The notes below the pieces were generated by a model. The model worked only from the letters and a program-made list of their open reading frames with translations. It searched no databases and was not told where the DNA came from. This document shows, in pieces, positions 37,204-50,222 of a stretch of 64,000 nt of DNA. The number at the start of each line of letters is the position of its first letter. Position 1 is the stretch's first letter. The position numbers and the translations under genes were made by a program. Source of the stretch: Octopus bimaculoides (lineage: Eukaryota); contig NC_068984.1 of NCBI RefSeq assembly GCF_001194135.2, positions 37,888,293 through 37,952,292 of the forward strand, read 5' to 3'.

Positions 37204-39228
37204 TATCAGCTTTTATTATATAGAGATCCGTAAACATATATAAAACTCCGTAGAGTTACTGCTTCTTTACTTCTTCCTACCAACTACTTGTCAAGTTTGC
37301 TCTCCTACTGGAACTGCAGTTATGTGTCTGTGTGTTGCTTTTAGCATCTTTACTATCCATCTACCACTGCTTGTCAGTTTTAATGCTCCCTTTCCGACTT
37401 GGACTTTTTATGTTAACTCTCTTTGTATCCCTCTTTTGCTTTCTCTCTCTCTCTCTGATTCACACGTATCTGGAGAAATCAACCAAAAACCAACATTTAT
37501 ATCAGTTATTATTATATGGCTGTGTGTGTGTGTCTATCATTATCATCATCATTTTAATGTCCACTATTCTATACTTGCATGAGTTGGATGGAGTTTATTG
37601 AGGTAGATTTTCTATGGTCAGGTGTTTTTATCACCAACCCTCACCTGTTTCTAAGCAAGGTAATATTTCTCCTTGGCCAAACATATTCTCTAAGAATATT
37701 GAAAATGAATGATACTACTTGTGTGACAGTAACACTTATTTTACAGATATTATATGATATTAAAAGAAGGAGACAGACATTCATATACTCACAGTCACAC
37801 ACATATATGCACATATATGAGGGACTTCTTTCAATTTCCATCTATTTTCACAAAAGATAGATATTAGATATATCTAAATATGTGTAAAATATCTTCTATA
37901 ATAACTATTTCAATACACTTGTTCTTACTGACCCTTATATTATGGCCGCTACTGTACTTACATAGGTGTTAACCAAATGGTTAAGAAGTTAGCTTTGCAA
38001 CCATGAAGTCTTTAACTCAGTTCCATTGTTTTTTAGATAGACTCATATCTTGTGAATGAAACTGGGTTGACAAAATCTGTATAGAAGCCCATTTGGATTA
38101 TATCTATATCTCAGATGTACAGCTTTGTCATAAACTGTCAAGCTAATTTGACCTGTGTATTATTTTAAGGGTACACATGTCTGTGGGATGCAGTCAGTTC
38201 ACTAGTAGCTGATCCAGTTTATCAAATAACTGAATATTCATTGTAGAAACCAAAAGATCCCTCCACGTATACACACACATACACGCATGTGATTGATTTC
38301 TGCACAATTTCTGCATACCAAATTCCACTCTCAAAGTATTCAGTCCACCTCAAGTTTTCAAAGACACTTGCACAGTGGGATCAAATCCAGAATCTCTTTA
38401 TTACAAAACAAACTCTGTAACTACACAACTATGCTACATATTAAACGCTTATCAGAACAAAATTTTACGGATTGTAAGGAACTCTAGAGCTAAAACAATT
38501 TCAGTTTTTGTAGCATTAAACTAATGAGAGATAAAAGTCTTTATCCTGATGAGACAATGGTGTGTTGCAGGTCACTTTGCTTGGAAAACTATTTATTTCC
38601 TCACAGCTAGTGTTTCCCAATACAAAATCAACCTGAAGCTGTAGAAACTCATATTTAAGTATCGATCTGAACTTATTTTTATTTTGTATTCATATGAACT
38701 GAAGTATTGGTAATTCTTTTGCAATCCTTTATTTTTTCAATGTTACACCAATTAGTTAAGCAATAACTATTTGTATTTGTTGTTTGTGTTATCCATTTTT
38801 CTTTTTAGCTGTATAGTGTTTGGTTGATTAAACTGTATGATTTAAAGGCCATTAGTTCAAACTATTCCCCCCCACCTATTTCTGGAACATATTATCATAC
38901 TTGGCTCAGTAAACATTATTGAAAATACATAGCATGTCTAATTTATTTGGTATCCCTAAAAAACTTAATTCAGAGAACAAAAGAAAGAGTCAATAATCAT
39001 ATACTTGCTCTTTTCACCACTCCCTCCATTCAATTGTTGATTGATTGTATGTATGCATCTGATATTTAAGATGAATGTTTCACCTTCATAAACTCATTAC
39101 TCTACCATTCAGTAATGATATTAAATTTATATTCAAACAAACTACTTAATTTATTTACAAACCAGTGGGAACCATTTCTCATTTATACATGTGAAATTAT
39201 TTGACAGATGGCACAAATATATATATGC

Positions 39229-39260
<32 letters not shown>

Positions 39261-39356
39261 CTTGTACTATAGCCTTGGGCTGACTAAAGCCTTGTGAGTG
39301 GGTTTGGTAGGTAGAAACTGAAAGAAGCCCGTCGTGTATATATATATATATATATA

Positions 39357-39546
39357 TTGACCGTTGACTGAACACTATTCAATTTTTTTTCTCCGTGTTT
39401 TTCTCCTTGTCTCCGTATTCTTTCTGTTGAAGAGCGTAGCTCGAAACGTCAAGGACTTTCCGTATTCCCGAGCGTCATACTAATATATCCTTTTGTTATT
39501 TACACCACCTGTCCTCGTCTGTTGTTATTATTTGTATATTCTCCCA
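39357..39546 (+). mobile_element. Solo Penelope-type pLTR / retrozyme-like insert between (TA)n tracts
   Basis: CpG-retaining ~190-bp block flanked by TA microsatellites, following a SINE tail, carrying a hammerhead motif. Confidence 0.55.
39419..39455 (+). ncRNA. Minimal type I hammerhead ribozyme motif (CUGUUGA core variant)
   Basis: TCTTT-CTGTTGA-A-GAGC-GTA-GCTC-GAAA-CGTC-AAGGA: stem I TCTTT/AAGGA (one G-U), stem II GAGC/GCTC, palindromic ACGT stem III, GUC cleavage triplet. Confidence 0.7.
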
Positions 39547-40143
39547 TATATATATATATATGTACGTGTGTCTTTGTGTCCGTGTTTGTACCCCCACCAT
39601 CGCTTGACAACCAATGTTGGTGTGTTTATGTCCCCAAAACTTATCAGTTCACCAAAAGAGACCGATAGAATAAGTTCTGGGGTCGATTTCTTCAACTAAA
39701 AGTGGTGCTCCAGCATGGCCACAGTCAAATAACTGAGACATGTAAAAGAGTATAATATATATATATATTTTTTCAAAATTCTAATTTCTGGAAAAGTAGT
39801 TCATTTACCATTTTGATACCAAATTTTTATTGAAATACATTGTATTTGTTTCAATTAATTTTAGAAATAATGAAGAACTGAGTAAAATAACTTTGTTGTT
39901 ACTGTACTGGTTTCTGTGAATCAAATTTTTGATGGAAAGTTTTAATTTAAAACACTTTAAAAGTGAAAGTTTGTATCATAGGACTATGGGTGATCTCAGG
40001 CAGGTTAGTATCATGAGAGTTAATGGGCTAAATGCTTTGATATGAAGCCTTCGTTTGGTACCTGACATTTTTATTTAAACTATTCTACTAATTCTCATGA
40101 AATTCATTTTACTTACATGTATTTTCATTTCTATTTCCTTTAG

Positions 40144-40304
40144 CACATGATTATGAGCTTCCGTGTGTCAGAACTTCAAGTCTTACTTGGTTTTGCTGGT
40201 AAAAGTAAAAGTGGTCGCAAACAAGAACTTCTACAAAGAGCTTTAGGTTTGGTATCCCGAGTCTGTTCAATACCTGTTCAAATAAAAATTCGTGAACTAT
40301 ACAG
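40144..40304 (+). CDS. PIAS: PIAS coding exon 2, SAP domain ([53 protein letters not shown])
   Basis: Closely matches the PIAS SAP signature [30 protein letters not shown]...[19 protein letters not shown] acceptor, AG|GTATGT donor, phase 0 to phase 2. Confidence 0.97.
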
Positions 40305-42969
40305 GTATGTTGTTACATTTGTATCTGTTAAACACTACTATGTGCTTGCTTCACTTATATTTGTAGTCAGTTTATTATTATACTTCATTCTAAAATTCAC
40401 TCCTATATTCTTTTGATTATAGAATTTCATTCATCTTCAAAATGATTTAATCGTTATGTTTCTGTATGCATATTTTCACCTGCATGTCATAACTTGATGG
40501 TAATGTGATTGTTTTAAATATAGGCTGAATTATTAGTGACTAATTCACTTTTTAATTCAGAATTGTTAAAGGTGAAATTATAAATTGCTTGATTTTTCAA
40601 TTTGCTAAGTAAGCTCTGGTTTATAAAAGAGCTGCTTATGTCTGCATAAACAAGGCACCCAGACAGCCAGTCAGTATCTAAGTCAGTGGTCTTATCACTT
40701 TTTCTGTACTGGGTTCTTGAACAAGCAACTTCACTTTTGTATGTATCACAGAATATTATAATTCACTGCTAACAACAGTGAAAAAGTGATGAGTGTTTTG
40801 CCAGTGAATAGTATTACAATTCCTCTCATGGATATGGTCAGAAGAGATGTTGAGTCCTATTGGTCTCCTCCATATATCCAACTGTACCATGGCATTAGGT
40901 ACAGTCCCTGACTATCAAATTTGGGGCTGGGGTGGGCTCATTTTTCCCTCTTGGTTTTTGATATATAAAGTAATAAAAAATATTGGAATTTCCTTAAATG
41001 ATATTTATTTCTCGTTTTTCTTGTTTTAGATTAATTGTTAAAAAAAAAAAAAATTGTCTCTTTTTTTTCTTTCTGACAAAACTTTGTCTATTTACAGTTA
41101 AATATTCTGCACCATCTCAGTAAAAGACATTTAAATATTTTCATTTTCCATTGTATATATATTTAGTTGCATTTCATTTAAATTATATATGAAAGATATT
41201 TCAGCAACTCTGAAATTAAATATAGCTGAAGAAATTATTAAAAATATAGAACACCAATGTTTTTGTAGAATGTAGTGTCTAGAGATGCTTTATAATTGGT
41301 TAGAAATAATAATCAATAAATACAAAGTTCCATGTTAATTAAAATAAATATAGAAAATTTTTACAACCATTATAGTCATATTGATTACTAGCTTCAAAAT
41401 GGATAGCTTTCCTAGTTGATTAAATTATCAATTGTATATTCTAATCTTGTGAAAGTAATAAGCAACAGTATACTTACATTGTCTGATATTTTATTTTGGG
41501 TCAAGAAGTTATGTCTAGTAGTTAATCTAAAAATGGAAAATTATTTTACACAGTGATTTATGCTAACTTAAAGTCAAGATATTTTTATATCTTAAAATTT
41601 AAAAGCCTCTTTCTCGACATAATTATTTTTTCATTGGTTTTAATTTTATATTGGTGCTGCAGGTACCAGTTTTCAGTTCATCATATAGGTTTGAGTGAAA
41701 ATATATTTATTAATGTATAATGTAGTAATATATGTTTATACAGTATTGAACTTTGAAATCGAAAGTTCAGCTTCTGTTGGCTTCCAAGATATTTCTTTTT
41801 TATACCTTGAAGTATTTTATTTTATTTTCTTAAATGTTATATATTCACTTTTCTATGCTAATACAGTTTGGCAGCATTTTCAAAACCATAGTTTGTCCTT
41901 TATTTAAGAGCATAATTCTATGTTTGTCATAGGTTGTGTGGCTATGATCTAAGAATTATCTTAATCATGCATGGTCAGTATGTAACATGCATCCCTCTAA
42001 AATCTGAAGTGTGTGTGTTAATTCATATTTAGAAGAATCTCTTGAATTTACAAAAGACCTTATGTAGTTCTCATTTTCCCTAAAAGTGAAGTTCATGCAC
42101 ACACAAGCGAAAAAAGCAATGTACATACACGCACATACACACACATTCTTATTTGGCAAATTCAAAATCTGTTTATTAAATTTGGAATGTACTTTTACAA
42201 TACTGTGAACATAAATTAGCTCGCTGCATGAAAATTAATGTGTTTATTTCTCTTGAAAAGGAGGGAAAAATAGAAACTGCTTTTGGAAAAAATGTCTCTT
42301 TTCAATTAACAAATTATTCATGTTAATATAAGACTTCTTATAGCAACTACTCTATAATGCTTTGCTTGTGAACATTCTTGCTAAAGTGAACTAACTTCAT
42401 ATCTACCAGGTATAATAGGCATGTCTCAGGAGTAATTGTGTGAAATTCTCAAATTATTTTAAAATACTTCAATTACTTTGATCCCTTATTTATAGGCAGA
42501 ATATTGAAGATGGTTCATAAATTTGGGGAGCTGGCCTGCATACATATTTTAAGATATTTAATTTGATGTTCCATTATTCTGCAAGTCATGAATAACAGGG
42601 TATGAACTTTTCATACCCTGTTATTAAAAATAATTCATAAAAATAATTCCATTGAAAAGTAAACCAGAATTATCCATAAAATATTGTTCCTTTAACCAAG
42701 GAGATACACTAGTTAAAATTCTGAGTTAAATATATTATACAAGCATGACTGTGTTGTTAACAAGCTCATTTTGCAATTGTGTCTTTGGGCTCTGTCCCAC
42801 TGTGCTGCACCTTGGGCAAGTGTGTTCTATAACCCTAGGCTGATCAGTGCCTTGAAGGTGAAAGGGTGAATTTGATAGACAGAAACTGTGTGGAAGACAA
42901 TCGTGTGTGTGTGTGTGTGTATACACCACTCTTGGGGTAGTTTGCATTAGGAAGGGCATTCAGCTGTAG

Positions 42970-43408
42970 TTGTTGGCACTTCGTCGCTTACGACGTCGAG
43001 GGTTCCAGTTGATCCGATCAACGGAACAGCCTGCTCGTGAAATTAACGTGCATGTGGCTGAGCACTCCACAGACACGCGTACCCTTAACGTAGTTCTCGG
43101 GGATATTCAGCGTGACACAGTGTGACAAGNNNNNNNNNNCTTAACGTAGTTCTCGGGGATATTCAGCGTGACACAGTGTGACAAGGCTGACTCTTTGAAT
43201 TACAGGCACAACAGAAACAGGAAGTAAGAGTGAGAGAAAGTTGTGGTGAAAGAGTACAGCAGGGTTCGCCACCATCCCCTGCTGGAACCTCGTGGAACTT
43301 TACGTGTTTTCGCTCGATAAACACTCACAACACCCGATCTGGGAATCGAAACCACGATCCTATGATCGCGAGTCCGCTGCCCTAACCACTGGGCCATTGT
43401 GCCTCCAC
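42970..43408 (-). mobile_element. Young tRNA-derived SINE (OR-type head) inserted into a Ceph tail
   Basis: Minus-strand head TGTGGAGGCACAATGGCCCAGTGGTTAGGGC...GGTTTCGATTCCC. 12-bp TSD AT(T/C)CAGCTGTAG at 42958-42969 and 43409-43420 splits AGGAAGGGCATCCAGCTGTAGAAACC. Internal 10-N gap with duplicated overlap. Confidence 0.88.
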
Positions 43409-46400
43409 ATCCAGCTGTAGAAACCATGCCAAATCAGATTGGAACTTGGTGCAACTGTCCAGCTTACTAGTTCCAGCCAAACGGTTTAACCTATGTCAGC
43501 ATGGAAAGTAGATGCTAAATGATGACGACACGCACATACTCATGTGTGTATATCTTTGTTTGTCACCACCAACACCACTTGACAACTGGTGTTGGCTTGT
43601 TTTATGTTCAGCAGAAGAGACTAATAGAATAAGTACCAGGCGTGAAAAATATGTACTGAGGTTGATTTGTTCGACTAAGCTCTTCAGTGGGGTGCTCAGC
43701 ATGTCAGCAGTCCAATGACTGAAAGAAGTAAAAGATACTTTCTCTTAAATTCATTGCAAATCAAATCCAGACAAGAGTTCTGAATATTGTTGTAGTAAAT
43801 ATCTCTTGCTTTCTGAGAAGGTTTCTTTAATTTCTTCATTTTCGCTTTAAATATATTGACATGTGTTGTCTGATCTCAGTTTACTATTTATTGAAAGAAC
43901 AAAGCTTAAATAGTATGAAAAATTTAAACTTACATTTTTTATTAAACTTTATTAGATTGTCTTATTTAAAGTTTGCTTTAGATTCTATATATGAAGCCCA
44001 TTTGCATTCACCTCAACATGCGGTCTTACAAATTCTTAAATATTTCTAAATTTAAGCCCTTCATATTTCTTTCTCACTTTTTACACAACATTCCAGAAAC
44101 TTCATTTCTGAAGTAAGACAAAAGTCAAAAGTGAATAATAAATTTTTATTTATATGATGTTTGTTGAGAAGGATTTAGCACAAATTTAAATTAAGATTTT
44201 TTTTTTTCAATTATATTCTTGTGGGCGTTCATTATTTCACAAATGTTTCATTTCCTTACAGTTGTTTGTAGTCAAATGATATATTTTTCTCTACATTACT
44301 TTGTTCAATCGATTTTGTTGAAAGGAAACACGAAACTTGCTACATTGTAAAATTCTCCCTTCCCTAAATAAGCTATAACCTTATTTTGAAAGCATCTGCA
44401 AAAATTTATCAAGTGTGTATCAATACTTCTTAAAAACGAACAAAAACAGAAAAAATAGTAATGTTATTCGATTTGTTATTAAATATTTCCTCCCTTGTTT
44501 CTTAATCAATGTAAAAATGCTCCTTATTCAAATATATAGTAAATATTTTGGCTAATTTCAATTTCTGTATTGTGTCTATTGAAACATAGGTGCTTTTGAT
44601 GAACTCATTATTTTTATTATTGTCAACTAAATTTTTTTAAAAGATTCTGGTTATAACATTAAGCCTGTTTTAGACTTTATGATGTTTGTGTGTATGCATA
44701 TACATGTATGTATAATTATGTTTGTGTATGTGTGCAGTTGTGCATGTGTGCTAATATATATATATACATATACATTTTGGTGTGTGCATATATATTTGTG
44801 TCCAATTTTTTAAAAAATAATGTAAAAGTTATGAATATTATCTAAATATCAACAACTATCAGAATGTTGGATGAAATTTGTTAAAAGTTCTGATAACTTT
44901 TGCATAAATCATCATAGCTGCTTTTAGATTTCTTGTGGTGGTGCAATGAAAACTCAGACACATTTTTTAGAAATCTCTTTGAAGATGAAAACATAGCATT
45001 TAAAATATAGCAAATACATTGGGAGAATTGTCCTTGTCTAGCAATTGATTCGATTTGAGACTTGAAACTGAAGCAATTACTTCATGGAAGAGCTACTCTA
45101 AACCAATTAATAAACGCAAAAAAACTGTCAAATTCACTTTGAATTTATTTGATAAGGTGTCAAAAGTTTTGTTAGTCAACTATGATGTGGTCACTGACAC
45201 AGTTCCACTACAAGTGTTTGGAAGTTTGTTATAAAGATTAACAAACTTTCTAAGTATTTCAGTGGAAATGTATCAGTGACCAGCTTGCAGTTGTGTGATG
45301 AAAATTTTGGCACTAGTTTTGTGTTACAAAATAGCTAATGTTGCTAATTGAAAATGTACTTATGTATAAAAGTATACCTAATTAATATCTAAGTTACTCT
45401 GTGCTGTTAAGTTCATTTATCCATTGTCTGTCTGTGTCTATCTCATTGTCAGCCAGTTACATTCATATTCCAAGTTGTAGAAAGGGCATCCAACTGTGAA
45501 AACACTCCAACAATATGCAGTTGCTAGCATGGAGTAAAATATATAAAATAGTATTAAACGTTTTAAAAATAACTTTATATTAACTGTTTGGCTATAAGTA
45601 TATAATATGCCAGTTATTGATATTTCTATTATTATAAAGATTTTGTGAGTTTATTCTTTTATTGATTTTTAATCAAATGAATAGTCATTTACATTAAGTC
45701 CATTGTTTTACTTTTCACTAAAGAATAAAAGGCAAAAAATCACTCAGAATGGTATTTGAACTCAGAACATACAGGAGTGTAATTAAATAAATACTAATTT
45801 TTACCAATCTACCATTCTCATAAAACTATATCTTTTTTACCATGATTTGTGTAATTTTCTTATCTCTATTTTCATCATTAATATTGGAAATTACTTTTAA
45901 GTATTTGTATTTATTACTATTTTCTACATTGGATCATTTAAGAGTTTTTTGTGTTCACACACACATATCTACTAATAATTGTAAAATATTGTTTAATTCC
46001 TATCTTTCTCATTAAAAAAAATATATATATTGATATAAGGAAATCAGTTGATTTTATTTCAATGTAAAAGTGTATTTGGATTATATATGTTTAGTTGATA
46101 ACCTTTCTATATCTAGTATCAGCATATTGGTAATCAATATTTCTGCTAGTTGAAAACTGTTCTCAATATTTTCTGGCTCTATTGATCCAAAATGTATCTA
46201 AAATATTCTAGAGAAATTCCAATGCTGTTTCTTATTAAATTGAAAATTGTATTAACTATTTTATCATATATTCTGATCAGTTGTTGTAATATGATTAATA
46301 TTAAACTTGTTAATTTATGACTAATGCTTTATTTAAAGAAAGTTTAATAGGATTTTTCTTTGTGATTAGCCATCAATTAAATAATTAAAAAAAAAATTGC

Positions 46401-47031
46401 TTTTTATCTACTCACATCTAATCCTCTGTTGTTTGGTTTTCAAATCTATTACCTCTGTCTTGGGATCATGTAACTTATCTGAAGTTAGTGACTAAAAGTT
46501 CAAAGATTATCTGGTCTTGGATTCTATATGCAAGATGCCAGTTCAAGGATTTTTACAAGGAAAATATTTGCAAATATTTTTGTTCAGATTGGTGGTTCAG
46601 TTAATGCATTAAAATATAACATCTTATTTAGAACAAAAACTTTTGTGGGTATATAAACTTGTGGGGTCTTCTAATCTCAAGAGACTAAATGATTTAGAAC
46701 CAAACAACAGTTTGTAAAATACATGTAGAAAAGTCAAAATTTAGTCTACTAAGTTGAAATTAGTAATAAACATTGGTTTAAGAATTGTTATTTCTACAGG
46801 GTGTCCTGAAAATCTAAGAGACATTGATGTAAATGATGGTTAACTTTGTTATGTGTAAAGTATATTGTCCATAATGAAAAAAAACCCCCAAAAAGCTTTG
46901 CTTAGTGAGATGGATCAGCATTTTCAGGACAGCCTATAGTTTAATAAATAATTGGCAAACATAATTCAACCCCTCCTTTCCTCTATCTATCTCTTTTCCC
47001 TCCTTTTTCTTTCTTTTTTTTATTATTCAAG

Positions 47032-47088
47032 ACAACTTCCTATTTTGACTGATTATTCATCTGTTGGGAACTCCATCTCTGGTGTGAG
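47032..47088 (+). CDS. PIAS: Candidate alternative 57-nt PIAS cassette exon (R-QLPILTDYSSVGNSISGV-R)
   Basis: Long pyrimidine tract 46971-47020, AAG acceptor, GAG|GTAAGA donor. Length 57, phase 2/2 matches intron 2, no stop codon. Confidence 0.55.
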
Positions 47089-49019
47089 GTAAGATATTTG
47101 ACTGATATATATGAATGTATGTGCAGATGTGTGGATGTGTGTGTTTGTGTATGTAATGGATGTTTGTATGTATGCATGTATGTACATTCATACATATAAA
47201 ATATATGTGTGTGTATGTGTGTATTTATTATTCAGGTAACTGTACTGTTTGTGTCTATATATTAGAAGATATGTGGAGGTTGATAGTAAAAACAAACTTG
47301 AATCACTGAAGTCTTCAAATGGCCTATATTAAAAACAATCATTTTGCTACCAAACTATTTAGATGTAAAGATTTATGTTTGCAAAAACTTGTACTTTATT
47401 TTCCATGTCATATCCTGCCTCTATATTTTCATTGCTTGTTTTGAATTTGTATAATCTTTTCAAGTAATGTTAATGATATATTTGTAGTGAGTTGTGGTCA
47501 CTAATGTGTATTTCATTAAACATGAACTTGAATTTAGAACAAAGCACTTTGATTTCAAATTTATTTCTAATTGATTGTACACTAACACACTTCTTGTCAA
47601 AGGAAGCTTCAGTTATTAAGAATTGAATTTCACTTACATGCTTTTGGCTGCTTCAAATTGTTACTGTTTTGCTAATGTACTTATTACTTTTGCATGCAAT
47701 ATGAACACATTCTAACTTAACTTTGCATGCCATAGTATGTGCCCTTTGAAAATTTAAATTCTTTACAAAAAAAGAGAAAAAGGTTTCTTCCATTCATATA
47801 GATGTACTAACCACATTTTTCGTTGTTGTTCTTTACAACACACATCACATACATACATATATATACATATATGCAGAAACACATACATATGAAATGTAAA
47901 ACCAAGACATAGACCCCCAAGCTGCGTCGCTGACTACCTGTCAAGGAGTAACTAACTGTAACTTTGCACAAGAATTGATACAGGGTAGAGGGGATTCTAG
48001 GTCTGCTGCATAGGACAACCTCTCTCGTCCTGGTGGCAGAACATTATATTATGGTATGTATCTAGGCCACATTGTAAAACAAACCTAACAAAGTTAACTA
48101 TGTGTACTAGATGGCATGGTGTTATGGCCAGCGGTGAGATGCAGTATGATCCATCCAAACCATGCCAGTATGTATATGTGGGTGGGGTAAAAATTTAAAA
48201 TAAAGTGGTGGCAGCAGTGGTGGTATATTCAGCATACAAGACAATAATTTCTCTATTATAGTTTCAATTCTCAGAAATATATATTTATATTTTGTTTCAA
48301 ACTTTTTGCTGTCTCCCTGCATGAAATACTACCTTCCCGTCTAATTAAGAATTCATTTTTGTAACATCTCAGCAATCTTGAATGTCACGACTCCATATAC
48401 TTTATTTTGGTATTTTGGATGTTATCTTTACTTTCAAATATATACTGATATAAACTATGGTTGCCTATTCTTCTGACTACTACCACTCAGTTGTATAAAT
48501 GGTTCCATAGAAAGAGTTCTCTGCTGTCAAAGATTAAATCCATACTTTTTACAATCTGAGACAAAAAAAGAAAAAAAATCCAGCATCAAACATTTTAAGT
48601 CTGTTTACTCTGCTAAAGTGGGATTTAGATTTGCATATCCTCTATTTTGAATACATCATAGTTCCCATTACGAGGAAGTGTTTTATGAAATGAGTATCTT
48701 TCGTATTGCCAACCCTTTCAGTCACCTGTTATTACATGTTGATATACAGTGTACTTCTAAAACTGGCATACATACCTAAAGCACCTTAATTCAAAAGTAA
48801 AAGATCTGTTTCATGAATAATGTCGGTAATATATAGTAAATTGATTATTAGTATGTAGTTATCCTTTATTTTTTACTTGTTTAAGTCAGTGGAAGGACAT
48901 CAGACAAATTAACGACAGTTCTTATTATTTTTAAGTTTGGTACTTTCTATCAACCCTTTTTGCTGAGCTGTTAATTTATTGGAACATAAACAAACTAACA
49001 GCAGTTGTCCAGCACTGGT

Positions 49020-49558
49020 GGGGGACAAACACACACATATGACAGACTTCTTTCAGTTTCCATCTACCAAATCATCCACTCACAAGGCTTGGGGCTATAG
49101 TAGAAGACACTTGCCCAAGGTGCCACGCAATGGGGCTGAACCCAGAACCATGTGGTTGCGAAACAAACCTCTTAATACACAGCTTCACCTTTGCCTATGC
49201 AAGTATTTGGAATTTTAGAAATTCAAGATATTGGATATTTCTCTAACTCTTTTACTTGTTTCAGTCATTTGACTGTCCAACTATCGGTCTCTTTTGCCGA
49301 AACACTGAGTTACGTGGATATAAACACACCAACATCAGTTGTCAAGCGATGTTGGTGGGGAATAACACAGATACGCAAATACATACATATATATGATAGG
49401 CTTCCTTCAGTTTCCGTCTACCAAATTCACTCACAAGGCTTTGGTCAGCCCGAGGCTATAGTAGAAGACACTTACCAAAGGTGCCAAGCAGTGGAACTGA
49501 ACCCAGAACCATGTGGTTAGGAAGCAAGCTTCTTACCACACAGCCACTCTTGCGCCTA
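49020..49558 (-). mobile_element. Two tandem copies of a CORE-like tRNA-derived SINE
   Basis: Both ~49020-49200 and ~49390-49558 contain CTTTCAGTTTCCRTCTACCAAAT..CACTCACAAGGCTT...TAGTAGAAGACACTT(G/A)CC..AGGTGCCA...GAACCCAGAACCATGTGGTT. Confidence 0.75.
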
Positions 49559-49924
49559 TTTCTGTAACAATTTTATCCCAAATTTAGCTTTAGTATTTTA
49601 TTTTTAATATGAAATTTTATTGTTTTGTAGTAGGTATAGAACTAAATAAATCCCTATCCTTTGGAACCCAAACTTAAGTTCTTTTAGTAAAATGATTTTA
49701 CTAAAATTTCATTTCATGAATAATCTGTATAAAACATGAAATGTAAACAAATATTGATTTTGTTTCTAATATTAAGTCCAGCGTTGATCAGTAAATTAGT
49801 GCAACTTTTAATGAAAAATATAATCACTATTTTGAAAATATTTAAATCTAATTTGTACTGTACTTTTTCTTGGAGAGCTTCCAAAAAGAAACATTTTGAT
49901 ATCTTATTTATGAAATTTGGATGA

Positions 49925-50222
49925 ATCATCATCATCATCATTTAACATCCGCTATCCATGCTGGCATGGGTTGGATGGTTTGACCAGGGCTGGAAGGCTG
50001 CACCAGACTCCTGTCTGATTTGGCATGGTTTTCTACAGCGGGATGTCATTCCTAATGCCAACCACTCTGATAGTGTAATGGCTGCTTTTACGTGCCACTT
50101 GCACAGGTGCCATTTGCTTGACACCAGTATCTATCACGGCTGCGATTTTGCCCGGCTTGATGAGTTTTTTCAAGCACAACATAATGCCAAAGGTCTCGGT
50201 CATTGCCTCTATGAGGCCCAGG
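49925..50222 (-). mobile_element. RTE LINE 3' end with Ceph tail and (GAT)n
   Basis: (CAT)n, CCATGCTGGCATGGGTTGG, CTACAGCGGGATGTCATTCCTAATGCCAACC, then TATGAGGCCCA similar to the RT C-terminus at ~58530. Confidence 0.75.

Noticed and set aside
40305-40416. Read-through of PIAS exon 2 gives a hydrophobic tail ([20 protein letters not shown]), suggesting a membrane-anchored SAP isoform
   Set aside because: A good donor (AG|GTATGT) precedes it, and T-rich intron sequence routinely translates as F/L/I/V. There is no independent support.
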